Position numbers and translations under genes: made by a program. This document shows positions 28,905-39,555 of a stretch of 64,000 nucleotides of DNA, one piece after another. Source of the stretch: Candidatus Omnitrophota bacterium (GTDB lineage Bacteria > Omnitrophota > Gorgyraeia > Zapsychrales > Fredricksoniimonadaceae); the NCBI GenBank assembly GCA_903860135.1, contig CAIOPG010000004.1:85558-149557 (forward strand), read 5' to 3'. Every line of letters begins with the position of its first letter. Within the stretch, counting starts at the first letter, position 1. The notes under the pieces are model-generated. The model did no database searches. It saw nothing but the letters and a program-made list of their open reading frames with translations, and had not been told where the DNA came from.

Positions 28905-29816
28905 TCAATTGCCAGCGTTTTTTGACAGGAATCCGTTCCTCATACTATTGGAACAGGCCATTTCACCGGATGAAAATATCACCACAACCGCCATACCCGC
29001 CCGCTCCATCAAGCCCAAGGCTTTCCTGGGGCCAAGGACAAAAGGCACCTTGGACCAGGCTTGGGCCTGAACCGGATCCGGATGAATAACCGTTACAGCG
29101 GCTACGCCCTCCGAAGGATACCCTGTCCGGGGATCAAGGATGTGATGATACCTTCGCCCGTCCTGTATGAAGAATCTTTCGTAATCACCGGAACCCATCA
29201 CGGCCATATTCTCAACCGCAACTGACCCGGCCACAGACTCCCCGTACGGATCCCGGATACCAATGTTCCATAAACGCTCGCCATTTCTGCCAATAACACA
29301 GATATCACCGCCGGCATCAACAAGGGCTGAAACAATGCCATGTTCTTTTAAAACACGCACCGCCTCGGCAAGCGCATAACCCTTGGCAATGCCACCGAGG
29401 TTGATCCTAACCCCCGGCACATCTTTCATAAGCTGACCAGCTTTGATCTCAAGATGACAGCACCCCACATATAAAAGAGCATCCCTGATGTCCTTCTCCG
29501 CCGGGATACTGGGCGTGCCATTGAATCCCCAGAGCTCCAGCAGAGGTGCTACCGTCATGTCAAATGCTCCTGCCGACGCCCGGCTAATCTCAAGGCCGCG
29601 TGCCGTCAGGCCAATGATCTCCTGATCCACGAGGGGCGTTCCATGATGATTGAAATGAAACAGAGGGCTCTCTGGATTAAACGCATCAAATTTAACCGCA
29701 ATGGTTGCCATCCGGTCAAGGGCGGATCGAACAGCAACACCTTCCGCGTCACCTGCCGCCCGAACCATGACATCCGTGCCCATCATCAGGCGGGTTTCAC
29801 TGGCAATGTCAATCAA
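28905..29816 (-). CDS. apbE: FAD:protein FMN transferase (ApbE family)
   Basis: ApbE family fold with the GGIAKGYA motif. Confidence 0.85.
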   Translation of the reverse strand: MIDIASETRLMMGTDVMVRAAGDAEGVAVRSALDRMATIAVKFDAFNPESPLFHFNHHGTPLVDQEIIGLTARGLEISRASAGAFDMTVAPLLELWGFNGTPSIPAEKDIRDALLYVGCCHLEIKAGQLMKDVPGVRINLGGIAKGYALAEAVRVLKEHGIVSALVDAGGDICVIGRNGERLWNIGIRDPYGESVAGSVAVENMAVMGSGDYERFFIQDGRRYHHILDPRTGYPSEGVAAVTVIHPDPVQAQAWSKVPFVLGPRKALGLMERAGMAVVVIFSSGEMACSNSMRNGFLSKNAGN

Positions 29817-30405
29817 TCCGCACCTCGATGGCTGTATTTTCCTTGAGCAGGAGATATTTCACAAACAAGGTATCACCCGGCGCAATGGGCCTTGCGGGAG
29901 GCTTATGATCATCGCCACTATAAACAGCTGTCCTCGGGCTGAGGATACAGCGAAAATGCTCCCCGAAACGGCTGGTCATCATAAGGACAGCCCTGGGAGC
30001 ATCGCCTTCTCTTTCAACCACAAGTGATGCCACCCGCCCTTCAAAAGTACGATAGCCCGACGAATTAAGCGGTATATCAGGAAGGGACGCCCGCGGCGTT
30101 GCTGGCTGTGCCAGAGCAGAAACAAATACCAGTGGTGCCACAGGCTCCAGCACTCCCGACTCAGGAACAACCGGTTCCGGCACAACAGCGGACACAGGCA
30201 ACGGCGGCGGCAATGAAAATGCATCCGGGGATGCTGCCATCATATAAGAAGACGACCCCGCCGGGGACGACGCATTGGACATCTTCGGCGCAACAATCCG
30301 CCGGGTCGCACCCGCCACCGCATCAGGTCTCCCGGCATTCCTAACCGTCAAAAAAGCGGTTAGGAACAGCGTTGTGCCAACAACACACCGCCCGGATTTT
30401 CTCAT
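29809..30405 (-). CDS. Secreted Pro-rich hypothetical protein, translationally coupled to apbE
   Basis: Signal peptide. 8-bp overlap with apbE. Confidence 0.45.
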   Translation of the reverse strand: MRKSGRCVVGTTLFLTAFLTVRNAGRPDAVAGATRRIVAPKMSNASSPAGSSSYMMAASPDAFSLPPPLPVSAVVPEPVVPESGVLEPVAPLVFVSALAQPATPRASLPDIPLNSSGYRTFEGRVASLVVEREGDAPRAVLMMTSRFGEHFRCILSPRTAVYSGDDHKPPARPIAPGDTLFVKYLLLKENTAIEVRID

Positions 30406-30440
30406 TTAAAATACCGCAAAACAACCATATCAACCTCTGA

Positions 30441-33400
30441 TTAACGCTCTGCCTCCTGAAAATCCAGCAAGAACTTAATATCTTCCCAGTCCAGCTTTTT
30501 GGCAATGTTTTCTTCGGATAAAACGAGCGCGCTCATCAGGCACTTCTTGCGCTTCTGAAGCTCGAGCATTTTCTCCTCAATGGTGCCGCGGGCGATGAGG
30601 TGATAGGCGAGGACGGCATTCTTCTGGCCGATGCGGTGCGTGCGATCGATGGCCTGCTGTTCCACCGCCGGATTCCACCACGGCTCATAAAGGATGACCG
30701 TATCGGCCGCTGTCAGATTCAGCCCAAGGCCGCCGACCTTAAGGCTGAGCAGGAATACTTTTACCGACGGATCGTCATTGAACCGCGCCACGCAGGCCTG
30801 GCGGTCTTTGGTCTGACCGGTCATGTATGCATAAACCACCTTCTCCTGATTCAGATGATCACGGATGATGTCGAGCATGCCGACAAACTGGCTGAACACC
30901 AGCACCCGGTGCCCTGAAGCCGTAAGTTCCCGGAGCGTTTCTTTTAACAGGTCAGTCTTCGCCGAAACACCGATCCGGTGCTTGGAGCGGATACCGGCAA
31001 GTTCCGGATGACAGCAGATCTGCCGCAAGCGCAAGAGCAACGTAAGGATGAGCATGCGGCTGCGCTCAAACCCTTTGGCCTGATACGCCGCCGAAGCTTC
31101 CCGCCGGGCTTTTTGGGCCATCGCGGCATACACCCTCGCTTGCGCCGGCGAAAGCTCACAGAATGACACCTGTTCGATCTTCTCTGGCAATTCCCGGATC
31201 ACATCCTTTTTCAGGCGCCGCAGCACAAAAGGCGCAATGCGCCGTGACAGCTCCCGGAGTTTTCCGGCATCGCCTTCCTGCGTGATGGGCATCTCATAGG
31301 AAGACCTGAAGTTTTCATATTTCCCCAGGAAAGACGGCATCAGGAAATCAAAAATCGACCAGATATCCGCGACACTGTTCTCCAACGGCGTCCCTGTCAA
31401 GGCAAGGCGATGGCTGGAATTCAACTGTTTGGTCACACGGGCATTGATGGTGTAGCGGTTCTTGATATTTTGCGCTTCATCAAGGATAACGTAATGAAAA
31501 TCATGCCGGTGATACTGCTCGATATCACGCCGCAAAAGCGCATAAGACGTAATGACAACCCGCGCCCCCGGGATCTCTTCGAGCGCCGAAGACCTGTCCT
31601 GCCCGGTGATCACCAGAAGCTTTAACCCCGGCAAAAACTTGCGGATCTCCGCTTCCCAGTTCCACACGAGCGTCGTCGGACATACGATCAAAGACGGACG
31701 GGCACAACCCGCATCGACATCCTGCTGGATCATGGTCAACGCCTGCAAGGTTTTACCCAACCCCATTTCATCCGCCAGTATGCCGCCGCAGCGGAACTTC
31801 TTCAGGAAAGCCATCCAGCTGACGCCATGCCGCTGATAATCGCGCAGAACGCCTTCTACCGACGCCGGGATCACCGGTGCCTCGATCCCGGTAAAATTCC
31901 TCAGGTCAGCGCACAACTTTCTTGTGGTTGTATCCGCATCGACGGCAACGCCGCCAGCCTCCAACTCATCTATAAGATAAGGCAGGTGCGCCAGCATCAA
32001 CCGCCCCTTGTTGTCACGGCCTTCTAAAAGATCCGCAATGCGGCTGAACGCCGCCGCATCGAGCGTCACATATTCACCAGTCTTAAGCCGCACGAAATTT
32101 CGCCCAAAGGCCGCATGATCACGAAGTGCCTCGAGCGGGATAGCCACATCTCCGTCGACCCCTGTGCAGACAATATCACAGGCGAACCAGTCGATCCCTG
32201 TGGCGGTCAGCCTGACACGCGGACGCAGAGCCTCGCCGCCCCGATACAAAGCTTTAGCCTTGCTGGATAAATAAACATCCCCGTCTCGGGCGAGCACAGG
32301 CACATGCTTGGAAAGAAAATCAAACACGGCCTCCGCGCCGGTAACACCAAACCGGTCCGGGCGCGGCCCCGGAACACAGGCATACTGTTTGACAAGCGCC
32401 TCTGCGCAAGCATCCTCACGACCCGGATCACGCCGCAGCAAGATACACGCTTCCGCCGTAGACTGCTCGACAAAGAACTCCCTGCGGTCTGGGGCATGTT
32501 CAACCCGCTGTCCGGCATAATCAAAGGCCAGGGTAATGGCCAGGCCGTCACGTTCCACATCAACGGCATAACATGCCCGCGGCGCCATATTTTCTACGCG
32601 CACCGCATGAACCCCTGGGTCATCCATGACAATATCCGCAAAAGCCTTAAGGCCCGGCAAAATACCTGCCAGGAAATACTGCCGCTCTGTCGCTGATAAA
32701 ACCTGTTCTTGATTAAGAAAATGCTCCAGGAGGCGGCGATCGATCCGGGGATCGACCAAATGGAAAGCCAGGGACGCTTCCTCCAACAGCCAGCAGCGGC
32801 TGCCCGAAAAGATATCTTTCAAAAGGACCGGGGCATCTGACGGAGCCGCAGGGACAAGGTGTGCGGTCACCCCCATACTACCGTTGCCGACCGCGCGGAT
32901 GAGCAGGCGCAGACCGACGGGCGAATCCTGCACCAACGCAAAGGCGCGCCCGCTTTCAGCATCGATCAGGTCGATCCCTGTCTCTTGGCAAACCGTATCC
33001 AGCAATGCGCTCAGCTGAAATGGCTGCAGGCGCCATGACCTCAAAGCCCCGCCGCCAGCCATGCCGGCAAGAAAACCCCGCACCAGCTTCAGGAAATAGT
33101 CCTGCCCGTCAGAAAACATCGTTATCGACGGAAGCTGTTCATTGAAGATGTGCCGTTTGGGCGCCAGAAAAGCATCCATATCCGCGATCTTGTGCAAACG
33201 CCCCTGGTGCACCACGCCCAGGCTGAACGGGATGCCCCGGCCGGAAGGTATCCGCAGGCCTTTTACTGTCAGCATCAACTGCAGCCGCGGCGCATCATAC
33301 GCGGTATGCAGGAAATCCTTGAGCGCAGTATCAGGGCCGCCCGCCTTTGCCCGCACCTTCGCCGGATCCCTGGCAACGGCTGGGCGCTGTCCCCGGGCAA

Positions 33401-33707
33401 GCAGGGCGGCGTTCACGCCTTCAACGCTGTCTTTGGTATCGTGATCGATCAGGTACAGCAGCACCGCCACGCCGTGCTTGCAAAGCCCCCCCAGATCATA
33501 CGGGCAGGTGCAACGCACCACCGGCACGCTCCCGCCCAAGCCCGCCGTCACCGTATACGGACGCCGCCGGGACCCCGCCACCTCCGCCCGCAAGGCATCA
33601 CCTTCCCACGTTACGGAACGTACCATCCTCGCCGTATAATACTCCTGCCCCCGCTGGAATATCGTTCTGCCCGCCATCCGCTGAACCTGCAGGCGTGTTA
33701 TAAACAT
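30441..33707 (-). CDS. SNF2-family helicase with N-terminal SWIM zinc finger
   Basis: SWIM motif (CTCPYDLGGLCKHGVAVL). SNF2_N ATPase (ILADEMGLGKT, DEAQNIKN) and a helicase-C domain. Confidence 0.85.
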   Translation of the reverse strand: MFITRLQVQRMAGRTIFQRGQEYYTARMVRSVTWEGDALRAEVAGSRRRPYTVTAGLGGSVPVVRCTCPYDLGGLCKHGVAVLLYLIDHDTKDSVEGVNAALLARGQRPAVARDPAKVRAKAGGPDTALKDFLHTAYDAPRLQLMLTVKGLRIPSGRGIPFSLGVVHQGRLHKIADMDAFLAPKRHIFNEQLPSITMFSDGQDYFLKLVRGFLAGMAGGGALRSWRLQPFQLSALLDTVCQETGIDLIDAESGRAFALVQDSPVGLRLLIRAVGNGSMGVTAHLVPAAPSDAPVLLKDIFSGSRCWLLEEASLAFHLVDPRIDRRLLEHFLNQEQVLSATERQYFLAGILPGLKAFADIVMDDPGVHAVRVENMAPRACYAVDVERDGLAITLAFDYAGQRVEHAPDRREFFVEQSTAEACILLRRDPGREDACAEALVKQYACVPGPRPDRFGVTGAEAVFDFLSKHVPVLARDGDVYLSSKAKALYRGGEALRPRVRLTATGIDWFACDIVCTGVDGDVAIPLEALRDHAAFGRNFVRLKTGEYVTLDAAAFSRIADLLEGRDNKGRLMLAHLPYLIDELEAGGVAVDADTTTRKLCADLRNFTGIEAPVIPASVEGVLRDYQRHGVSWMAFLKKFRCGGILADEMGLGKTLQALTMIQQDVDAGCARPSLIVCPTTLVWNWEAEIRKFLPGLKLLVITGQDRSSALEEIPGARVVITSYALLRRDIEQYHRHDFHYVILDEAQNIKNRYTINARVTKQLNSSHRLALTGTPLENSVADIWSIFDFLMPSFLGKYENFRSSYEMPITQEGDAGKLRELSRRIAPFVLRRLKKDVIRELPEKIEQVSFCELSPAQARVYAAMAQKARREASAAYQAKGFERSRMLILTLLLRLRQICCHPELAGIRSKHRIGVSAKTDLLKETLRELTASGHRVLVFSQFVGMLDIIRDHLNQEKVVYAYMTGQTKDRQACVARFNDDPSVKVFLLSLKVGGLGLNLTAADTVILYEPWWNPAVEQQAIDRTHRIGQKNAVLAYHLIARGTIEEKMLELQKRKKCLMSALVLSEENIAKKLDWEDIKFLLDFQEAER

Positions 33708-36700
33708 GCGGTACCATGGCCAAGCCCTGGCCCCTTCACGGTATTCTTGACTTGCCTGGAATGATCCGCGGCCAACAGCATATACATGGCCGGCACCACA
33801 AAAAGGGTAAAAAGCGTGCCAATGGCAATGCCACTGGATATGACAAGCCCCATGTTGAAACGTCCGGCCGCCCCCGCGCCTGAAGCCAGCACCAGCGGCA
33901 TCACTCCGAAAACCATGGCCGCCGTGGTCATCAAGATCGGGCGCAGGCGAATGCCGGCGGCGGCGGCAATGGCTTCACGCCGTGATCGACCCTCACGTTG
34001 AAGGTCGTTGGCAAACTGCACGATCAGGATCCCGTGCTTGCTAATAAGGCCGATCAGGGTGATAAGACCGACCTGGGTAAAAATATTCAGGCTCGCGCCC
34101 CCCACGCCCAGGCTGATAAAAATAAGGGCTCCGCAAATGGACATCGGCACGCTCACCAGGATGATCAGCGGATCACGGAAACTTTCAAACAAGGCGGCCA
34201 GCGCCAGAAAGATGATGAGCAAGGCAAAAAAGAAAGTGACCAGCAAGGCGCTCGACTCCTTGACGAACTGGCGTGACTGCCCGGCATGGTCAACGCTGTA
34301 CCCCGATGGCAAAACTTCTTGCCCGATCGCCTTGAGTTTTTCCAGGGCCTGCCCTAAGGGGACGCCGGGCATCTGGACGCCTGCAATGGTGGCGGCATTA
34401 AGCTGTTGAAAATGATTCAGCGACCTGGCCACAACCCCTGACTTCAGGCTGATGATCGTCGAGGCCGGCACCACCGCCCCGCCAGCTGTCGTGATGTAAT
34501 AATCTTTCAACTGACCAGCGTTGAGGCGTTCCCGGCGCATGACCTGCGGGATCACCTTGTAAGACCGCCCGGAAAGACTGAAATAATTGACATAGCCACC
34601 GCCGAGCATCGACCCGAGGGCACTGCCGGTATCGCGCATGGATAAACCCAGCTGTGCCGCCTTGTCGCGGTCGATCTGTATTTCGGTCTGCGGCTTGTCG
34701 ATCTTCAGGTCAGTATCAATGAACATGAACATCCCGCTCGCCCGGGCCTTGTCCAGAAAAGCCGCAGCAACTGCCTCGAGGCGAGCCGCAGATTCCGTTG
34801 TCCCGATGACAAACTGCACCGGAAGCCCCTCGCCGCCACCAGGCAACGGAGGCGGCAGGAAAGACACGCCGCTAACCCCTGCGATCCCGCTGAGTTTCAG
34901 CTGAAAAGCCTCCTGGAACGCCGCCGCAGAACGCCGGCGCGCCTCCCAGGGTTTAAGCACGATCCCCGCCAGCCCGGCATTGAGCCCGCCCAGGCCGTCG
35001 ATCTGAAAAACATGTTCCGTCTCAGGATAAGCCTTGATCACGTTATACACCTGCCGGGAATAAAGTGCTGTCTGTTCGAGCGACGCGTTAGGCGCGCCGG
35101 TATACATCGCAAGTACAAAACCCTGGTCTTCCTGAGGCGCTAGCTCCTGGCGCGCATTCTGGTACAGGAAACAAGCGCTGACCAACACCACCAGGGCGAA
35201 CACCGCCACCACCGGCAGGTAATTCAGGACCCCCGACAACATCTTTTCATAAGCCCCGCGCAAGCGTTCAAACAACCGGTCGACCATATCCGTAAAAGAC
35301 CGGCGCCCTGTCAGGCTGTGGGGTTTGAGCATCTTCGCGCACATCATAGGTGATAGCGTGAGCGCGACCACCGCCGATATCACGACCGCCCCAACCAGGG
35401 TGAACGCAAATTCCGTGAACAGGGCCCCTGTCAGCCCGCCCATAAAACCAATAGGGACATAGACCGCCGCCAGCACGATGGTCATCGCGATCACAGGGCT
35501 CGCCAGTTCACGCGCACCGCTCAGTGCCGCCTCATGCGGTGCCAAGCCAGCCTCGATGTGGCGGTGGATATTTTCCACCACAATGATCGCATCATCGACC
35601 ACAAGCCCTATCGCCAGGACCAGTGCCAGGAGCGTCAACAGATTGATCGTATACCCAAAAACAAGCATCATGAACAATGCCCCCACCAGCGACAACGGCA
35701 TTGCCACCGCCGGGATAATGACCGAACGGAACGATCCCAGAAAAAGGAAGATCACAAAGGTTACGATCAGCAACGCTTCAACCAGCGTCTTGACGACCTC
35801 TTGGATCGAACTGTTGATGTAATTGGTTGCATCATAAATGACCCGGCCATCAAGGCCCTGCGGCAACTGGGCCGCGATGTCAGGGAAAGCCTTGCGGACA
35901 CCGGCAATGACCGTCAGCAGATTCGCGCTCGGTGCCACCTTGATGCCGATGAAGACCGCATTGTCGCCGTCAAAAGCCACGGCCGTGTCGTAATCCTCTG
36001 ACCCCAGCGTGACGTTGGCCACATCCCCCAAGCGCACAATGGCCCCGCCGGCGGATTTGATGACAAGCTCCCGGAACTGCGCCACCGAATGCAGGCCGGT
36101 GGCCGCCACCAGATCAGCGGTCACCATCATGCCCTGGGTGCGGCCGACCGCCGATATGAAATCATTGGCCGCCAGCGCCTCGCTGACATCCACGGCCGTG
36201 ACCCCGCGCGCCGCCATCTTTTGCGGATCAAGCCAAGCCCGGAGCGCAAACTGGCGCCCGCCGAGGATCTCGGCGGTCTGCACCCCTTCGACCGTCTGCA
36301 GTTTAGGCTGGACAACGCGGATAAGGTAATCCGTGATCTTGTTGGTTTCAAGGACCTGGCTGTAAAAACCGAGATACATGGAATCGGTAGACTCACCGAC
36401 CGCCACGGTGATCGCCGGCTGTTGCGCCTCTTTGGGCAACTGGTTCACCACCGCATTGACCCTGGCATTGATCTCGGTCAAGGCCTTGTTGGCATCATAA
36501 TTCAGGCGCAGGTTGACCTTGATCTGGCTCACGTTCGACGTGCTCGCGGAGGTCATATAGTCGATGCCGTTGGCCTGGGCAATGGCACTCTCGAGCGGCG
36601 TGGTGATAAAGCCCGCGACCAGCGCAGGGTCAGCACCGGTATAGACGGTCGTGACCGTGACAACCGCGTTCTGGGTTTCAGGATACTCGCGCACCCCCAG

Positions 36701-36793
36701 AAGCCCGGCCGCGCGCAGCCCCAGCACCAGGATGAACAGGCTCACCACCGTTGCCAGGACCGGACGTTTAACAAAGATATCAGTAAAACTCAT
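33698..36793 (-). CDS. RND efflux transporter permease (AcrB/HAE1 family)
   Basis: 1031 aa, 12 TM and two large periplasmic loops. Confidence 0.9.
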   Translation of the reverse strand: MSFTDIFVKRPVLATVVSLFILVLGLRAAGLLGVREYPETQNAVVTVTTVYTGADPALVAGFITTPLESAIAQANGIDYMTSASTSNVSQIKVNLRLNYDANKALTEINARVNAVVNQLPKEAQQPAITVAVGESTDSMYLGFYSQVLETNKITDYLIRVVQPKLQTVEGVQTAEILGGRQFALRAWLDPQKMAARGVTAVDVSEALAANDFISAVGRTQGMMVTADLVAATGLHSVAQFRELVIKSAGGAIVRLGDVANVTLGSEDYDTAVAFDGDNAVFIGIKVAPSANLLTVIAGVRKAFPDIAAQLPQGLDGRVIYDATNYINSSIQEVVKTLVEALLIVTFVIFLFLGSFRSVIIPAVAMPLSLVGALFMMLVFGYTINLLTLLALVLAIGLVVDDAIIVVENIHRHIEAGLAPHEAALSGARELASPVIAMTIVLAAVYVPIGFMGGLTGALFTEFAFTLVGAVVISAVVALTLSPMMCAKMLKPHSLTGRRSFTDMVDRLFERLRGAYEKMLSGVLNYLPVVAVFALVVLVSACFLYQNARQELAPQEDQGFVLAMYTGAPNASLEQTALYSRQVYNVIKAYPETEHVFQIDGLGGLNAGLAGIVLKPWEARRRSAAAFQEAFQLKLSGIAGVSGVSFLPPPLPGGGEGLPVQFVIGTTESAARLEAVAAAFLDKARASGMFMFIDTDLKIDKPQTEIQIDRDKAAQLGLSMRDTGSALGSMLGGGYVNYFSLSGRSYKVIPQVMRRERLNAGQLKDYYITTAGGAVVPASTIISLKSGVVARSLNHFQQLNAATIAGVQMPGVPLGQALEKLKAIGQEVLPSGYSVDHAGQSRQFVKESSALLVTFFFALLIIFLALAALFESFRDPLIILVSVPMSICGALIFISLGVGGASLNIFTQVGLITLIGLISKHGILIVQFANDLQREGRSRREAIAAAAGIRLRPILMTTAAMVFGVMPLVLASGAGAAGRFNMGLVISSGIAIGTLFTLFVVPAMYMLLAADHSRQVKNTVKGPGLGHGTACL

Positions 36794-36817
36794 GCGGCTT
36801 TTTCCCCTCGATTAAAC

Positions 36818-37948
36818 TTACTGGTCAACCGGTGCCGGCGCAGGATCGTTGCCCGGCTGAACCTGGTTGTCAACCATGACAATACTGCCGTTGCGGAGCT
36901 TGTGCTGGCCGCTCGAAACGACCGTGTCACCTGCGCTGATCCCCTTCAGGACGCTCAGCTGATCTCCGCGCGTCTCACCGACCGTAATGAAAATCTGCCG
37001 GGCCTTCATCACAGACACCCCTTGCGCCTCAGGCGCGGAGGCATCGACAACAAATACCGTCTCGCCATAAGGATTGAAAGCCACGGCGGTCTGGGGCAGG
37101 GTGATGTATTGAACGGTCGCTCCGGCCTCGATCACAACAGAAACGAACATGCCCGCCAATAATTCATGCGCCGGGTTAGGGATCAAGGCCTCAACCCGCA
37201 CATTACGGGTATCGGCTTCGATCCGGCTGTTGATCGCCGTGATCGCACCTGAAAAAACACGGCCGGGAAAAGCATCAATAGAAACGCTGACCGCCTGCCC
37301 GACGGCAAGACGGAATAATTCCTGTTGTGGCAGGAAGAAATCCGCATACACTGCATCAAGGGCCTGCAGGGCCACGATCTTTTCCCCCGCATTAAGATAC
37401 TGACCGGTGCTAACCGCGCTGATCCCCAGCTTACCGCTGAAAGGAGCCCTGATCTTTTTCTTGGCCACAACAGCGGCCTGTTCTGCCTGACGCGCCCGGC
37501 GGCCTTTCAGTTCCGCCGCATCAGCGTCAACAACCGCTTGGCTGACCGCCTGGATTTTCAACTGTTTCCTGTCACGGTCATAGACTGTCTGTGCCTGTTC
37601 AACGGCCGCTTCGAGTGCCTGAAGCTGGGCCATATCCGTCGCCGCATTCAGATCCAGCAACACCTGCCCGGCTTTAACCTCAACACCGGATTTGATATAA
37701 ACCGCCTCAACGATCCCCGGGATCTCACTGGCCACATCGATCCCCTGCACCGCCCGTAAACTGCCCGCCGCCCTGATCCTGGGTTGCCAGGACTGCAGCT
37801 CAGCCTTGACCGTGGCAACAACCACTGGCGGTACCGGCATCGAAGCAAAATATTTCTTCATCATATAAGAGCCCACCGCCTGATACCCGAGAATGCCGCC
37901 GAAAACAATCCCGGCGACAACAAGCATGACAAACATTTTCCTGGCCAT
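36818..37948 (-). CDS. RND efflux periplasmic adaptor (membrane fusion protein, AcrA-like)
   Basis: Lipoyl, beta-barrel and MP domains. Upstream of the RND pump. Confidence 0.85.
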   Translation of the reverse strand: MARKMFVMLVVAGIVFGGILGYQAVGSYMMKKYFASMPVPPVVVATVKAELQSWQPRIRAAGSLRAVQGIDVASEIPGIVEAVYIKSGVEVKAGQVLLDLNAATDMAQLQALEAAVEQAQTVYDRDRKQLKIQAVSQAVVDADAAELKGRRARQAEQAAVVAKKKIRAPFSGKLGISAVSTGQYLNAGEKIVALQALDAVYADFFLPQQELFRLAVGQAVSVSIDAFPGRVFSGAITAINSRIEADTRNVRVEALIPNPAHELLAGMFVSVVIEAGATVQYITLPQTAVAFNPYGETVFVVDASAPEAQGVSVMKARQIFITVGETRGDQLSVLKGISAGDTVVSSGQHKLRNGSIVMVDNQVQPGNDPAPAPVDQ

Positions 37949-37952
37949 ATAA

Positions 37953-39389
37953 CTACTCCTTTAAGGCAACCCCTGATCCCTCGGCGGCGCGATGCCACCA
38001 ACCGCCCCCTAACGCTTGAAATAATGCCGCCGCATCGGCCAGGCGTGCCGCCCGGGCCTCGATGAGGCCGATACGCGCCTGCTGGTACTGACGCTCCGCA
38101 TTCAAAAGCAAACTGTAACTCACAGCACCAACCGCCATTTGCTGCTGTGTCATGTCGAGCGCCGCGCCGGCAGCGGCCAGGGCATCGGTGCAAGCCTGGA
38201 GCGTCCGGGCGTCGGTTCCCAGCGCGCGCAAGACATCAGCCACATCGGCATAGGCCAGGAACACAACCTGGCGGAACTGCGCGCTGGCCGCGTCCAATGC
38301 CGCCAACGCTGCCCGGCGTTCGGCACGCAAGCGCCCGCCGTCGATCACCGGCTGAACAAGCCCCGCCCCGAAACTCCATACAACGCTATTGGCATTAAAA
38401 AAAGCCGCGGCCTGCCCGGACTGGGAGCCGTAACTCCCGTTCAACGTGATCTGCGGATAAAGATTCGCGGCAGCCACACCCGCCCGGGCACTGGCCGCCT
38501 GCACCAGCGCCTCGGCAGCCCTGATGTCCGGGCGCTGACGCACCAGCGAAGACGACAAAGCGATCGGCAACACCGCCGGCTCACTGATCGATGCCAGATC
38601 AAACCGCGGCCCTGCCGCCTCTTCTGCCGGAAACTTTCCAGCCAGAACCATGCGCTGATGCCGCACCTGAAAAAGCTCTTTCTCGACCGGCGGCACCGCC
38701 GCCCGGGTCTGTTCCACCTGGGCACGCCACGACAAAACCTCCGCGCGCGCCACACCGCCCAGGGCCATCTGCGCATCGAGCAGTCCCAGCTGTTTTTCTT
38801 CGGATATGAGGATAGCCTTTAAGGCCGCCAGCTGTTCGCGCAGGGCGGCTTCACGGATCACCGTCGTTACAATATTAGCCGCCAGTGACAGGCGGACTGC
38901 CTCAAGCTGAAAATTCTGATAATCCACCCTGGCCTTCAGGTCCTCGAGCGCCCGGCGGCCACCGCCAAAGAAATCAAAAGCATACCCCACATTAACCGAA
39001 GCATGGTGAAGGTCAAAGACGCCCCCCCCGCTGTCATTGGACAAGCCTGCCGCCGCCGGAGAGCTCTTCTGCCGCGCCGACGATAACACCGCCGTTACCT
39101 CCGGGTAACGCACACGCCCCGCACGGGCATTATAATTTTCCTGCGCTTCACGCAACGCCGCCTGCGCCGCTTCGAGTGTCGGGTTTTGCGCGAAAGCGGC
39201 GCGGATCATGCGGTCCAGTTCTTCCGACTTAAAAAGTGCCCACCACTGCGCCGGAACATCTTCCCCTGCCACCGAGGCCACTGCCACAGGCACCGCAGGC
39301 ACACGCACCGCCGGCACCGCCGCACAACCGCCCAGCCCCAGCCACACAAGCCCCAGCCCCACCTTCCAGGCACACCCCATAACACGCAT
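37953..39389 (-). CDS. Efflux outer-membrane factor lipoprotein (NodT/OprM family)
   Basis: Lipobox LGLGGC. Two OEP repeats. Confidence 0.85.
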   Translation of the reverse strand: MRVMGCAWKVGLGLVWLGLGGCAAVPAVRVPAVPVAVASVAGEDVPAQWWALFKSEELDRMIRAAFAQNPTLEAAQAALREAQENYNARAGRVRYPEVTAVLSSARQKSSPAAAGLSNDSGGGVFDLHHASVNVGYAFDFFGGGRRALEDLKARVDYQNFQLEAVRLSLAANIVTTVIREAALREQLAALKAILISEEKQLGLLDAQMALGGVARAEVLSWRAQVEQTRAAVPPVEKELFQVRHQRMVLAGKFPAEEAAGPRFDLASISEPAVLPIALSSSLVRQRPDIRAAEALVQAASARAGVAAANLYPQITLNGSYGSQSGQAAAFFNANSVVWSFGAGLVQPVIDGGRLRAERRAALAALDAASAQFRQVVFLAYADVADVLRALGTDARTLQACTDALAAAGAALDMTQQQMAVGAVSYSLLLNAERQYQQARIGLIEARAARLADAAALFQALGGGWWHRAAEGSGVALKE

Positions 39390-39555
39390 CCTTTCCCTGA
39401 TCGACGATCAATTGATCGCCCCAAAATCACGCGTAAAGCACTTAACAAGAAATCGTTACATATTCTCTAAAAGATCAATCGAAACGGCTTAAGAATATCA
39501 CGTCCATTAAGGAAGTCAAATAACGGGTTCGACGATCAGAATATATCGGACAATC

